Positions 8,175 to 17,403 of a stretch of 64,000 nucleotides of DNA are shown here, piece by piece. The translations under genes and the position numbers were made by a program. The stretch is from positions 1,581 through 65,580 of the forward strand of contig CBDUQI010000006.1 in assembly GCA_965369325.1 (NCBI GenBank). The letters run 5' to 3'. Within the stretch, counting starts at the first letter, position 1; each line of letters begins with the position of its first letter. This DNA comes from an uncultured Gammaproteobacteria bacterium. GTDB lineage: Bacteria; Pseudomonadota; Gammaproteobacteria; Steroidobacterales; JBCBZW01. Below the pieces are notes generated by a model. It was not told the DNA's origin, ran no database searches, and worked only from the letters and a program-made list of their open reading frames with translations.

Positions 8175-10901
8175 TCATTGCGCAGATGCCGCGTCCGAGT
8201 CCTGTTGCGGCGCCACCACCTCACCATCCATCGTCGCATATTGCGCAGCTTCGCCGGACTTGCCCCACCGCTCGTACAACGCCCGCACCCGCGCCCGCGC
8301 GCGCCGCGTGCGGGCATCGGCATCCCCTCGCGCCTCCTGCAACACCGGGTAGCTGGCCGTCAACAGCGGTTCCGCTTCGGCCAGTCGCCCCTGTGATGCG
8401 AGGCTTTCACCAAGCACACTGCGCGCTGAGGCGGTGAGCCAATGTTCGCTCGGCAGTGCTTTTTCGCAAATTCTGAGTGCCTTCTGCGCTGTGACTTGTG
8501 CGAGCGCAAAGCGGCCGTCGTCGTTGAGCATGCGCGCATACCCAACTGAGGCGGAGGCCACGTACGGATGGTTCTCCGGCACGGCCTGTGCATAGATCTC
8601 AAGCGCGCGGGTAAATTGAGCCTCGGCCTGGGCCCGATCGCCCAGGTCCGTTAGCAGGCTGGCCAGATTCACCCGATCATAGGCGCTGTAGGCATGATCT
8701 TCACCGTGAGCGGCGGTGGAGATATCCAGCGCAGCCCGGTACATCGGCTCGGCCGCAGCGTAATCACCCTTGTCGTGATACATGCGACCGAAATTAGTCC
8801 AAGTGATACCCACATCCGGATGTGTCGGCCCAAGCACTTTTATCGACAGCGCCAATGCCTGTTCGTAGTGCTGGGCGGCGGCTTCGAATTTGCGCTGGTT
8901 GCCCAGTACCACCGCCAGATCATGCAAACCGGTGAGCGTGTGCGGATGCAATTCGTCGCGGTGCTGACGGTTGATCTCGAGCGCCTCGCGGAATAGGCTT
9001 TCCGCCTCGTCCAGCGCTCCTTTCAACTGGCGTACCTGACCCAGGTCGTGCAACGTTTTAGCCAACGCCTCCGTATCCGGTTGTACCAACGCTCGATGCA
9101 CTGCCAGGGCTTCACGGTACAACGCCTCGGCGCCGTCGTAGTCACCCTTGCCATAGCGTGCGTGTCCCAGTCGATCGAGACTGCGGGCCACTTCCACGTG
9201 ATTGTTGCCCAGCAGCTTACGATCGAGTGCCAGCGCGCGGCGGTACAGATCCTCAGCCTCATCCAGCTCACCGCTCAGGTACACCACCCAGGCCAGCCGG
9301 CGCAAGCTCACGGCGACATCGCGATGCGAATCGCCCAATTGCGCTTCGCGCAATTGCAGTGAGCGGCGCAAAATAGGCTGTGCGCGGTCGTACAAACCCA
9401 GGCGTGCGTACACATCGCCGATGGTGTGCATTAGTGTGGCCTGCACCAATGGCTGATCTGCCAGCTCACGCTCCACATTGGCCGCCCCCGTCTCAAGCAA
9501 CTCCCGAGCGGTAATGTTCTCGCCCAATGACTGGGCGGGATCGGACACATCGAACAATCCCTTGACGAAATCAGCCACCTGCGCCGCCTTCTGCGCTTCG
9601 ACCGTGGCCCGGTCGCGCTCTTCGGTCAGCCGGGCAGTGTGGTACACCGCAAGTCCGCTGCCCGCCACCAACACCGCCATGGCACCAGCCACGCCCAGCC
9701 GGTGGCGACGGATGAACTTGGCCGCCCGGTAACCCCAGGATGCCGGGCGCGCCTGCACTGGCATCCCATCCAGATAGCGCTGCACGTCCTCAGCTAACGC
9801 AGCCACCGTTGAGTAACGGCGTTGTGGTTGCTTGCGCAGGGCGGTCAGTACGATGGTATCCAGGTCACCCCGCAACTGGCGCGCGAGGGCGCTGTGCGCG
9901 ACGGGCTGGCCATCAGCGCTGGGCCGCGGTCGCAAAGCCACCGTGCTCGGGCGCGCCGGCACTTGCTCACACACGGCTTTGTGCAGTTCGCTTGGGCTGC
10001 CCGCGTCCAGCACAAACGGCGCGCGGCCGGTGAGCAACTGATACAACAGCGCCCCCAACGCGTAAACATCAGCCGCCGTAGTCATAGGCTCGCCCCGCAC
10101 CTGCTCCGGGCTGGCGTACTCGGGGGTCATCATATGAAGATGCGCACGGGTGAGCGGCGAGGCGGACGCATCCTGCGACGGATCCACCCATTTGGCGATG
10201 CCGAAATCCAGCAGCTTGGGCTCGCCCCCGGCGGTCACGAGAATATTCGATGGCTTAATGTCCCGGTGCACCACCAGATTCTGGTGCGCGTATTGCACAG
10301 CACTGCAAACGGTGCAGAAGGTCGCGAGCCGCGCACGTACGTCCAGCGCACTAGCATCCGCCCAGCTCACGATATCCTGCCCTTCGATGTACTCCATTAC
10401 CAGATACGGCAGACCGTCCGGCGTGGTCCCCCCATCCAGTAGACGTGCAATGTTTGGATGCCCCAGGCGGGCAAGGATCTGTCGTTCCGCGCGGAACTGC
10501 TCTTCGAAGCCGGGTGCCAGCAGGTTACCTGCCAGCACCTTGATCGCCACTCGCTGCTCAAACGACTCATCGGCCCGCTCCGCGACATACACCGCGCCCA
10601 TGCCACCCTGGGCGATCTTCTCCTGTACCTGATACGGTCCCAGCATCTGCCCGGTGCGTGAAATGCCCGGTGCGTCCACCATCGCCTGTGCCGCCTCCGC
10701 TACCAGGTCGGCCAGCGCGTTCTGTTCCCCTTCAGTCCCATCCAGCGTAAGCAACGCCTGCACCTCATCGCTAAGGCTGGCATCGCCCGCACTGGCACGC
10801 GCCAAATAGGCTGCGCGTTCGTGTTCCGGCAACTCAAGGCTGGCAAAAAACAGGCGCTGTACGCGCTCCCAGCGCTCGTGTTTAGGGTCGGGAGGTTTCA
10901 T
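8175..10901 (-). CDS. Hanks-type Ser/Thr protein kinase with TM segment and C-terminal TPR array
   Basis: 'IAQGGMGAVY', 'VAIK', 'HRDIKPSN', 'DFG' and 'TPEYASPEQ'; TM 'LGVAGAMAVLVAGSGLAVY'; many 'EAE.LYR.AL......G..H' TPR repeats. Confidence 0.92.
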   Translation of the reverse strand: MKPPDPKHERWERVQRLFFASLELPEHERAAYLARASAGDASLSDEVQALLTLDGTEGEQNALADLVAEAAQAMVDAPGISRTGQMLGPYQVQEKIAQGGMGAVYVAERADESFEQRVAIKVLAGNLLAPGFEEQFRAERQILARLGHPNIARLLDGGTTPDGLPYLVMEYIEGQDIVSWADASALDVRARLATFCTVCSAVQYAHQNLVVHRDIKPSNILVTAGGEPKLLDFGIAKWVDPSQDASASPLTRAHLHMMTPEYASPEQVRGEPMTTAADVYALGALLYQLLTGRAPFVLDAGSPSELHKAVCEQVPARPSTVALRPRPSADGQPVAHSALARQLRGDLDTIVLTALRKQPQRRYSTVAALAEDVQRYLDGMPVQARPASWGYRAAKFIRRHRLGVAGAMAVLVAGSGLAVYHTARLTEERDRATVEAQKAAQVADFVKGLFDVSDPAQSLGENITARELLETGAANVERELADQPLVQATLMHTIGDVYARLGLYDRAQPILRRSLQLREAQLGDSHRDVAVSLRRLAWVVYLSGELDEAEDLYRRALALDRKLLGNNHVEVARSLDRLGHARYGKGDYDGAEALYREALAVHRALVQPDTEALAKTLHDLGQVRQLKGALDEAESLFREALEINRQHRDELHPHTLTGLHDLAVVLGNQRKFEAAAQHYEQALALSIKVLGPTHPDVGITWTNFGRMYHDKGDYAAAEPMYRAALDISTAAHGEDHAYSAYDRVNLASLLTDLGDRAQAEAQFTRALEIYAQAVPENHPYVASASVGYARMLNDDGRFALAQVTAQKALRICEKALPSEHWLTASARSVLGESLASQGRLAEAEPLLTASYPVLQEARGDADARTRRARARVRALYERWGKSGEAAQYATMDGEVVAPQQDSDAASAQ

Positions 10902-11067
10902 TGAATCATTGCAGCGTCAGGGCCAGTACATTGTGGGCAGATAGTAACAGTTAGCCTCGCTGGCGCCCCACTCCGCCGACCACCTGGGCTGCAGAACCGC
11001 CATCACGGAATTATCACCATCGAAAAAGGTCGTATGCTGAATAAGTTTATCCTAAGGAGATGCCACC

Positions 11068-11757
11068 GTGAGACGAACCCTTTGCGCGGCTTTGATCACG
11101 CTCATCGTCGCCCCTTGCTCCGCTCAGGTACCAACGCTGGTGAGCCAAGCCTTCGATAGCATGCCGCCGCTCGCTCACTCGCAATGGGCGTTTACCCGCA
11201 CGGGTACGATTGATGGTGAGTTGCGTGTGGAGCATTACGACCCGCGCTGTGGCTCTCCCTGGCAACTAGCGTCTGTCGATGGCCAGCCGCCCTCGGCGAA
11301 GGCGCTGAAGAAGTACGCCAAAAAACATAACAAGGCCAAGCGCGTTGACGACGACCCGGGCAAAAACGACTTTCACGATCTGGCCGAACCCGACAGTTGG
11401 GCGCTACTTAGCGAGACCTCCAGCGAAGCCGTCTACTCGTTTTCGCCCAAACCGGAAGATGAACGGGACCGCGAGATTAATCAGTACCTGCGCGGCGAAC
11501 TCACCGTGAACAAACGCGATCCTTCAGTGAGTGGGTTCGAGCTGACCAACACCGAACCGTTTAAGGCGTCGATCGCCAGAATTGAAACCATGCGCATGCG
11601 TATTCGCATGCAACGGGTGGGCGATGGCGCCTACGCGGTGCGACAGGTGAGCAATCAGATCAAAGGCAAAGCGCTGTTCAAGCGCATCTCAGAACAAGTG
11701 GAGTTGAGTTACACCGACTACGCGCATGTGCCCGAGGGAGTCTGTTCACGACCGTAA
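11068..11757 (+). CDS. Secreted hypothetical protein, beta-rich
   Basis: RBS AAGGAG upstream of GTG; N-terminal signal peptide; 229 aa; no family recognised. Confidence 0.6.
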   Translation: MRRTLCAALITLIVAPCSAQVPTLVSQAFDSMPPLAHSQWAFTRTGTIDGELRVEHYDPRCGSPWQLASVDGQPPSAKALKKYAKKHNKAKRVDDDPGKNDFHDLAEPDSWALLSETSSEAVYSFSPKPEDERDREINQYLRGELTVNKRDPSVSGFELTNTEPFKASIARIETMRMRIRMQRVGDGAYAVRQVSNQIKGKALFKRISEQVELSYTDYAHVPEGVCSRP

Positions 11758-11759
11758 CG

Positions 11760-12218
11760 CTACTCGTCCACACTCCAATTGAGCAGCCCCTTGTGGGTCT
11801 CGCTCATCAATGCAGCAGGGATATCAGCGAGCGTCATTTGCGCCTCGCAAGCCACCAACCCATCGGGCAATATGATCTCACCTTCGGCCTTGCCGGTGCG
11901 CCCACGTAATTTTACGATCTTCGACACTATTCTGAGTGGCGTCTGCACCGGCACCGGATGGCGATAGCGCACATCCAGCCGCAGCGACACCATAAAATGA
12001 TGCGGATCACCAATCATCGAGACGCGCGCGAGCACCTCGTCCAGCATCGAGGCCAGGATGCCACCGTGCACGATGCCCGGATAACTTTGAAAACGCTCCG
12101 GTACCGTGTACTCACTGCTCACCTGGTCCACGCCATCGTCGTGAAAACACATTTGCAGCCCGTTTGCGTTCTTACGTCCGCACACAAAGCACCAGTCGGA
12201 GTTGGGTTGTTTGATCAT
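11760..12218 (-). CDS. PaaI/hotdog-fold thioesterase
   Basis: 'CFVCG..N..GL', 'YPGIVHGGILASMLDE' and 'L.VRYRHPVP'; start set at ATG 12218. Confidence 0.85.
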   Translation of the reverse strand: MIKQPNSDWCFVCGRKNANGLQMCFHDDGVDQVSSEYTVPERFQSYPGIVHGGILASMLDEVLARVSMIGDPHHFMVSLRLDVRYRHPVPVQTPLRIVSKIVKLRGRTGKAEGEIILPDGLVACEAQMTLADIPAALMSETHKGLLNWSVDE

Positions 12219-12414
12219 TCGCGCGCTACCTGCCTGCACCAGGCGGGAGATTAACAGAATCCCGTTGCCTTTCCATACCAGCCACCGGTCTCCTGCACCA
12301 CCGCCATCTGGCACAAAGCGGTTTGATTTTGGTTACCCGGCGCCCGCCAGCATCGCATTGCGTTAAAGTGTACGCGCCACACTTCCCTGAACGCACGTGC
12401 CCACCGGAGATTCA

Positions 12415-12975
12415 ATGCCCTCACCAAGCCACACCCGCCGAACCTTGCTGGCCATATTGTTCGCGCTCGCGATGCTCAATGGTTGCACATCTGCGCCGCA
12501 GTTTGAGCCGGTCACGCCGACCAGCGTCGACCTTAGTGGTAGCTGGCTGCGCAATGAGGCCCTGAGCGATGATCCAGTGCAAGCGCTGGAGGCCATGCGC
12601 GGGAAGCGGGCAGGACGCAATCAACGGCGCGGACTCGACCGCGACACGATGCTTGCAATGATAAAGGGGGGCAACCAACTGCTCATCAGCCAACGGGCAG
12701 ATGCGCTCGGCATCAGCGTGGATGGGACCGGCGAGCAGGTTTTTCGCTATGGCGAGAACATCTCGCAGATCAATGAATCGGGCGTGGCGACGCTGACCTC
12801 AGGATGGGCGCAGCAGACCTTCAACATTGCCCGCTGGGCTAAGCGCGGACCGAACGTCACGCAGCAACTACGGCGGGACGCGGTCAGCGGGCGGTTGCGG
12901 CATGAAATTCATCTGCAGATCAAAGGCGTTGGTGAGACCACTGTGGTCCACTGGTACGACCGCACCAGCCCCTGA
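12415..12975 (+). CDS. Lipoprotein, unknown function
   Basis: GGAGA RBS; lipobox 'LNGC'; 'DLSGSW..N..LSDD' lipocalin-like N-terminus. Confidence 0.65.
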   Translation: MPSPSHTRRTLLAILFALAMLNGCTSAPQFEPVTPTSVDLSGSWLRNEALSDDPVQALEAMRGKRAGRNQRRGLDRDTMLAMIKGGNQLLISQRADALGISVDGTGEQVFRYGENISQINESGVATLTSGWAQQTFNIARWAKRGPNVTQQLRRDAVSGRLRHEIHLQIKGVGETTVVHWYDRTSP

Positions 12976-13054
12976 ATCAGTGGCGTGCGCAAACGGCGCC
13001 CGCCAACGTCACCGGGTCTTCGATTTTCTCCCGGATCTGATATCGACCGAGATG

Positions 13055-13495
13055 TTAACGGCCGAGGCGGTATTGCGCAGCACGCTTGATGCGAGCCATT
13101 TCATCCGCGCTAAGCCCGCCCCGAGCAAATCCGTTAACCGGCTCGCGGCGCGAATCCAGATGCGTGATGGCACTTACTGCAGCGGACTGACCCGCCACCT
13201 CAGTGACGTTGCGATTGACCGCCTCGATCAAATCACCAATCGACACCTGCTCCTCAAGTGTGTGGCGCAACGGCAGTTCACCACAGATGGTGTAGCGATT
13301 ACGTCGTCCCTCACGCTCACGCGTAATCGCGCCCGCCGCCTCCAGATCCACAATCAGCCGCTGGATCGCGCGCTCGGTAATGCCGACAGCGTCTGCCAGG
13401 TCGCGCAGGCGCGCCGTCGGGTGACGGGCCAGATAAAGCAGCACATGGGCATGACTGCTGAGGTAACTCCATCGGGTACGGGGGGATTCGCTCAT
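13055..13495 (-). CDS. Winged-helix (MarR/AsnC-type HTH) transcriptional regulator
   Basis: 'WSYLSSHAHVLLYLARHP.ARLRDLADAVGITERAIQRLIVDLEAAGAITREREGRRNRY'. Confidence 0.8.
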   Translation of the reverse strand: MSESPRTRWSYLSSHAHVLLYLARHPTARLRDLADAVGITERAIQRLIVDLEAAGAITREREGRRNRYTICGELPLRHTLEEQVSIGDLIEAVNRNVTEVAGQSAAVSAITHLDSRREPVNGFARGGLSADEMARIKRAAQYRLGR

Positions 13496-13581
13496 GGTTT
13501 GTTGGGCACCGGCCGCAGCCCGGGCCACTGGCTCCTTGATGAGTGGTGACAACGAAAGCACTACAAAGTATACTCGAATTC

Positions 13582-13596
13582 TGTAGTTTTACTACA
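13582..13596. promoter_or_regulatory. HexR operator (site 1)
   Basis: Palindrome TGTAGT-TTT-ACTACA matches the TGTA-N7-TACA HexR motif and lies between hexR and the divergent regulator. Confidence 0.75.
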
Positions 13597-13643
13597 TTTT
13601 GAGCAAAAATAACTATTTTTCTCTATATACCCTCACAAACTGC

Positions 13644-13658
13644 TGTAGCTGAATTACA
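13644..13658. promoter_or_regulatory. HexR operator (site 2), abutting the hexR start codon
   Basis: TGTAGCTGAATTACA fits TGTA-N7-TACA; the last A is the A of the ATG. Confidence 0.65.
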
Positions 13659-14482
13659 TGTTGACTCGAATATTTGAAACCCAAGACCAACTTAGCGGGG
13701 CAGAACACAAAGTCGCCAACTGGGTGATGGTGCATCCGCGACGTGCGGTTGAATCCGCCACCCGCGAGATTGCGCAGGCGGCAGGCGTCAGCGAGCCGAC
13801 GGTGATCCGGTTTTGCCGATCGATCGGATGTCGAGGCTTGCGTGACTTTAAGGTACGTCTGGCGCAAGACCTGGGCACGAGCGCAAGGGTGGTTCATGCG
13901 GATGCAGAACCGGATGACGACGCGCTAGCACTAATCGGCAAAGTGATAGGCCGCAGCCTGAACGAGCTTTCCACCCTGCGCAGCCGGTTGAGCGCAGAGC
14001 GGGTAGAGCAGGCTATCGGGGCATTGCACGCAGCCCAGCAAATTGAGTTCTGGGGCATCGGCGCTTCGGGGATTGTTGCCCGTGATGCCCAAAATAAATT
14101 CTTCCGCCTGGGTAAACCCTGCGCGACGCACACCGATTCCGCCACCATGCGCCAGGCCGCCGCATTGACCACGCCGCGACACGCGATTGTAGCGGTATCC
14201 AAAACGGGCGAATCCGGCGTGTTGCTCGACGCAGTGGGTCTGGCGCGCGAACAGCACGCGGTGATCGTGGCAATTACCTCGCCCCTGTCTACGCTGGCGG
14301 GCTACGCGGAGGTGCCACTGCTGGTCGATTCACCAGAGGATACAAGCATCTACACCCCCATGAGCTCACGCCTGGCCGCGTTGGCCGTGCTGGATGTGTT
14401 GCAGGTCGGGCTCGCGATGCGAATGGGCGAGCGCGGCGCCATGCATCTGCGTACAACCAAGGCCGCACTGCTCCCGCGCTGA
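13658..14482 (+). CDS. hexR: RpiR-family regulator HexR (HTH + SIS)
   Basis: 'LS.AE.KVA', 'A.VSEPTVIRFCRSIG..G..DFK', SIS 'GIGASGIVARDAQNKFFR' and 'EDT..YTPMSSRLA'; cognate operators upstream. Confidence 0.85.
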   Translation: MLTRIFETQDQLSGAEHKVANWVMVHPRRAVESATREIAQAAGVSEPTVIRFCRSIGCRGLRDFKVRLAQDLGTSARVVHADAEPDDDALALIGKVIGRSLNELSTLRSRLSAERVEQAIGALHAAQQIEFWGIGASGIVARDAQNKFFRLGKPCATHTDSATMRQAAALTTPRHAIVAVSKTGESGVLLDAVGLAREQHAVIVAITSPLSTLAGYAEVPLLVDSPEDTSIYTPMSSRLAALAVLDVLQVGLAMRMGERGAMHLRTTKAALLPR

Positions 14483-14545
14483 GTCCAGGCGGCTTGCGTC
14501 GATTCCGCACAGCGTGTCCGCTTTACTCTGCACGGCGCGCTAAAC

Positions 14546-14564
14546 CGGAATGATAACCATTTGC
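14546..14564. promoter_or_regulatory. Putative Fur box upstream of feoAB
   Basis: CGGAATGATAACCATTTGC matches 13 of 19 positions of GATAATGATAATCATTATC (core AATGATAACCATT). Confidence 0.65.
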
Positions 14565-14715
14565 ATGCAGGTGCATGACTACCTACACTTTGTCCTCACA
14601 CCCATTACCGGCATCTTCGTATGCAGCGCCCCATCGCCCTCACCTGTACCTCCGCGCGCCTCACCACCGCGTTTTCTGCCCCGCAATCTGTCACGCTCGC
14701 CGCAACGAGGCAGCC

Positions 14716-14967
14716 ATGACGCTGGCCGATCTGAACAAGGGCGATCAGGTCCGCATCAAAAAAATCGATCTGGGAGATGACCCTAGCATGCTGCGCTTGA
14801 TGAGCCTGGGGCTGGTCGAAGGCGTAGCGCTGCGACTGATCGGGCATGCCATCGGCGGCGACCCGATGGAGTTTCGCCTGTACGGCGGTGCCGTCTCTTT
14901 GCGCCGCGCGCAAGCCAGGCACATCCAGGTGGTTCGCATCCACGACGTATCGGGTGCCTCAGCGTGA
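14716..14967 (+). CDS. feoA: Ferrous iron transport protein A
   Basis: 'MTLADL..G..V.I', 'RLMSLGLVEG', 'GDPMEF' and 'SLRR.QA..I.V'; GAGG RBS; adjacent to feoB. Confidence 0.9.
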   Translation: MTLADLNKGDQVRIKKIDLGDDPSMLRLMSLGLVEGVALRLIGHAIGGDPMEFRLYGGAVSLRRAQARHIQVVRIHDVSGASA

Positions 14968-15038
14968 GCGCGACCGCGCGAGTGAGCGCCATCACCCAAC
15001 ATCTGTACGCCGCACACCGTTACGGGCAGCACTAACCG

Positions 15039-17264
15039 GTGGCCGGCTCCCAACACCAGGCACACCGCATTGCGTTGGACACCGTGCGTGCGACCCTCCC
15101 CGCCAGCGCGAGCATCGCGCTGGTCGGCACCCCCAATTCCGGTAAGAGCACCCTGTTCAACCGCCTCACCGGCCTGCGCCAGAAAACGGCCAACTTTCCC
15201 GGCGTGACGGTCGAGAAACATAGCGGACGCCTGCAATCCACCGCGCGCAACATCGACCTGCTGGACCTGCCAGGGCTATACACTTTCGCCGCCGATTCGA
15301 CCGACGAGCAAACCACTGTCGACGTATTGCTCGGGCAAATGCCCGATACGCCCCGGCCCGATGCCCTGGTGGCGGTGGTGGATGCGACGCGGGTGTATCA
15401 GAGTTTGCATCTGCTGCAGCAACTGATCGAGTTGCAACGCCCCATGATTGTGGTGTTGAGCATGAGCGATGTGGCCACCGCACAGGGCCTGGCAGTGGAT
15501 CACCCTGCCCTGTCGCAATTTCTGGGCGGCGTTAGCGTGTACGCCGTCGTCGCCAACACCGGGCGTGGCGTTGAGGCGCTGAAAGGCGCGCTGCTCAATA
15601 TGATAGGCGAACCAGACGCAGCCACCCCGAACGCGCAAAGTTACTGGCCGCCGCTTCGCGAAGCGGCGTGCTCGCTGGCACATACAGACACCGCAGCGCC
15701 CGGGACGGCCACCAACGAAGGCATCGCGTTGCTTGAGCACGCCATCCTAAACGATCATCCGAGCCTGACCCGTGCAGCCTGTGCGCACCATGCGCATCTG
15801 CACCCGCAGGATTTGCAGCACGCCCGCGCGCGACTCGCCGGAAACCGGCCAGTGCTGGCCACACAAGCGCAAGTTCGCTACGGATTAGCGCAAGAGGCGC
15901 TGCCTGCGCTACTCAGCGAGGCCAGTGCCGGCGCGCAGGCGCAATCGCGCCTGCTGGCAGCATTGAACCATCCGGTGGTGGCGACCGTGATGTTCTTCGC
16001 CGTGATGGCCGTTGTGTTTCAGGCGGTGTTTGCCTGGGCGACGCCCCTGATGGACGCGATCGACGGCTCAACCGTTGCGCTGGGTGCACGCATCGGCGAG
16101 GCCTTGCCCGCCGGCATGATCCGCAGCCTGATTGTCGACGGTGTTATCGCCGGCGTTGGCAGTGTGGTGATCTTCCTGCCGCAGATCCTGTTTTTGTTCG
16201 CGTTCATTATTCTGCTGGAAGACACCGGCTATCTGGCGCGCGCTGCTTATCTGGTCGACCGGGCGATGCGATCATTGGGCCTGTCCGGCCAATCCGTCAT
16301 TCCGTTGCTCTCCAGTTTCGCCTGTGCAGTCCCTGGTATTATGGCGACGCGGGTTATCCCCAATCGACGTGACCGCCTGGCCACCATCATGGCAGCGCCG
16401 TTCATGACCTGTTCAGCGCGACTGCCTATCTACGCACTGCTCATCGCGGCTTTCGTTCCGGCCAGCCATTACGGCATGGTGAATTTGCAGGGGTTGGTGT
16501 TGTTTGGGCTCTACCTGCTTGGCATCCTTGGCGGGGTGGTAACTGCCTTTGTACTCAAGCGCTCCGCGCTAAGCGGCCCAACGCCCAGCTTTGTGCTGTC
16601 GTTGCCGGACTACCGGCGCCCGGATTTTCGCAACGTGATAGTGAAGCTGTTCGACCGTGCATGGGTGTTCCTGCGTCGAGCCGGGAGCATTATTTTCCTC
16701 GTCGCCATCCTGGTGTGGGCGCTGGCGTACTTTCCCCGCTCGCCGGAACTTCAGGGCGCTCACAATGTTGCGCTAGCGCAGGCCGAGCGCGAGTACAGTG
16801 GCGAGGCCCTGGCACAAGCGCAGGCGCGGCTGGAACACGAGGCGGCTGCCGCCCACCTCAGCCAAAGCGCATTGGGCCGCGCGGGCCGGTTCGTTGAGCC
16901 AATGTTCAGTCCGCTGGGCTGGGACTGGAAAATCTCCGCTGCCGTGCTGGCCGGCTTTCCTGCCCGCGAAGTCGTCATCGCGGTTCTCGGGACTATCTAC
17001 GCTGTCGGTGGCGAAGCGGATGAGGCCACCCTGTCGCAGCGCCTGCACCGCGCGAGGCGGCCCGACGGCAGTCCAGTATTCACCCTACCCATGGTATTCG
17101 GACTACTCGTGTTCTACGCCTTGTGTCTGCAGTGTGCGGCAACGCTCGCGGTGATGCGCAGGGAGACCAACAGCTGGCGCTGGCCGATATTCTCGTGGAC
17201 TTATATGACCGGGCTGGGCTACGTCAGCGCGTTGCTCATTTACCAGGTCGGCAGTGCACTCTAG
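15039..17264 (+). CDS. feoB: Ferrous iron transport protein B
   Basis: G1 'GTPNSGKST', 'NFPGVTVE', G3 'DLPGLY'; gate motifs 'FLPQI', 'FACAVPGIMATR' and 'MTCSARLP'. Confidence 0.95.
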   Translation: MAGSQHQAHRIALDTVRATLPASASIALVGTPNSGKSTLFNRLTGLRQKTANFPGVTVEKHSGRLQSTARNIDLLDLPGLYTFAADSTDEQTTVDVLLGQMPDTPRPDALVAVVDATRVYQSLHLLQQLIELQRPMIVVLSMSDVATAQGLAVDHPALSQFLGGVSVYAVVANTGRGVEALKGALLNMIGEPDAATPNAQSYWPPLREAACSLAHTDTAAPGTATNEGIALLEHAILNDHPSLTRAACAHHAHLHPQDLQHARARLAGNRPVLATQAQVRYGLAQEALPALLSEASAGAQAQSRLLAALNHPVVATVMFFAVMAVVFQAVFAWATPLMDAIDGSTVALGARIGEALPAGMIRSLIVDGVIAGVGSVVIFLPQILFLFAFIILLEDTGYLARAAYLVDRAMRSLGLSGQSVIPLLSSFACAVPGIMATRVIPNRRDRLATIMAAPFMTCSARLPIYALLIAAFVPASHYGMVNLQGLVLFGLYLLGILGGVVTAFVLKRSALSGPTPSFVLSLPDYRRPDFRNVIVKLFDRAWVFLRRAGSIIFLVAILVWALAYFPRSPELQGAHNVALAQAEREYSGEALAQAQARLEHEAAAAHLSQSALGRAGRFVEPMFSPLGWDWKISAAVLAGFPAREVVIAVLGTIYAVGGEADEATLSQRLHRARRPDGSPVFTLPMVFGLLVFYALCLQCAATLAVMRRETNSWRWPIFSWTYMTGLGYVSALLIYQVGSAL

Positions 17265-17403
17265 AGCTTTTCTCCCGCCGACCAACTCTAACAAGGATAT
17301 GCTATAGGCCAAATAGGCTGGAAACGAGGGAGACAGACCCCGGTTAGCATCGCTCACCGACGTTGCGAATCGTGGTGTTGAGGGCTTTCCGGAGATCGCT
17401 AGA

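Noticed and set aside
751-10901. Genomic island integrated at tRNA-Thr (AT-rich stretch after CCA, followed by accessory signalling genes)
   Set aside because: There is no integrase or transposase, and I found no repeat of the tRNA 3' end in the window.
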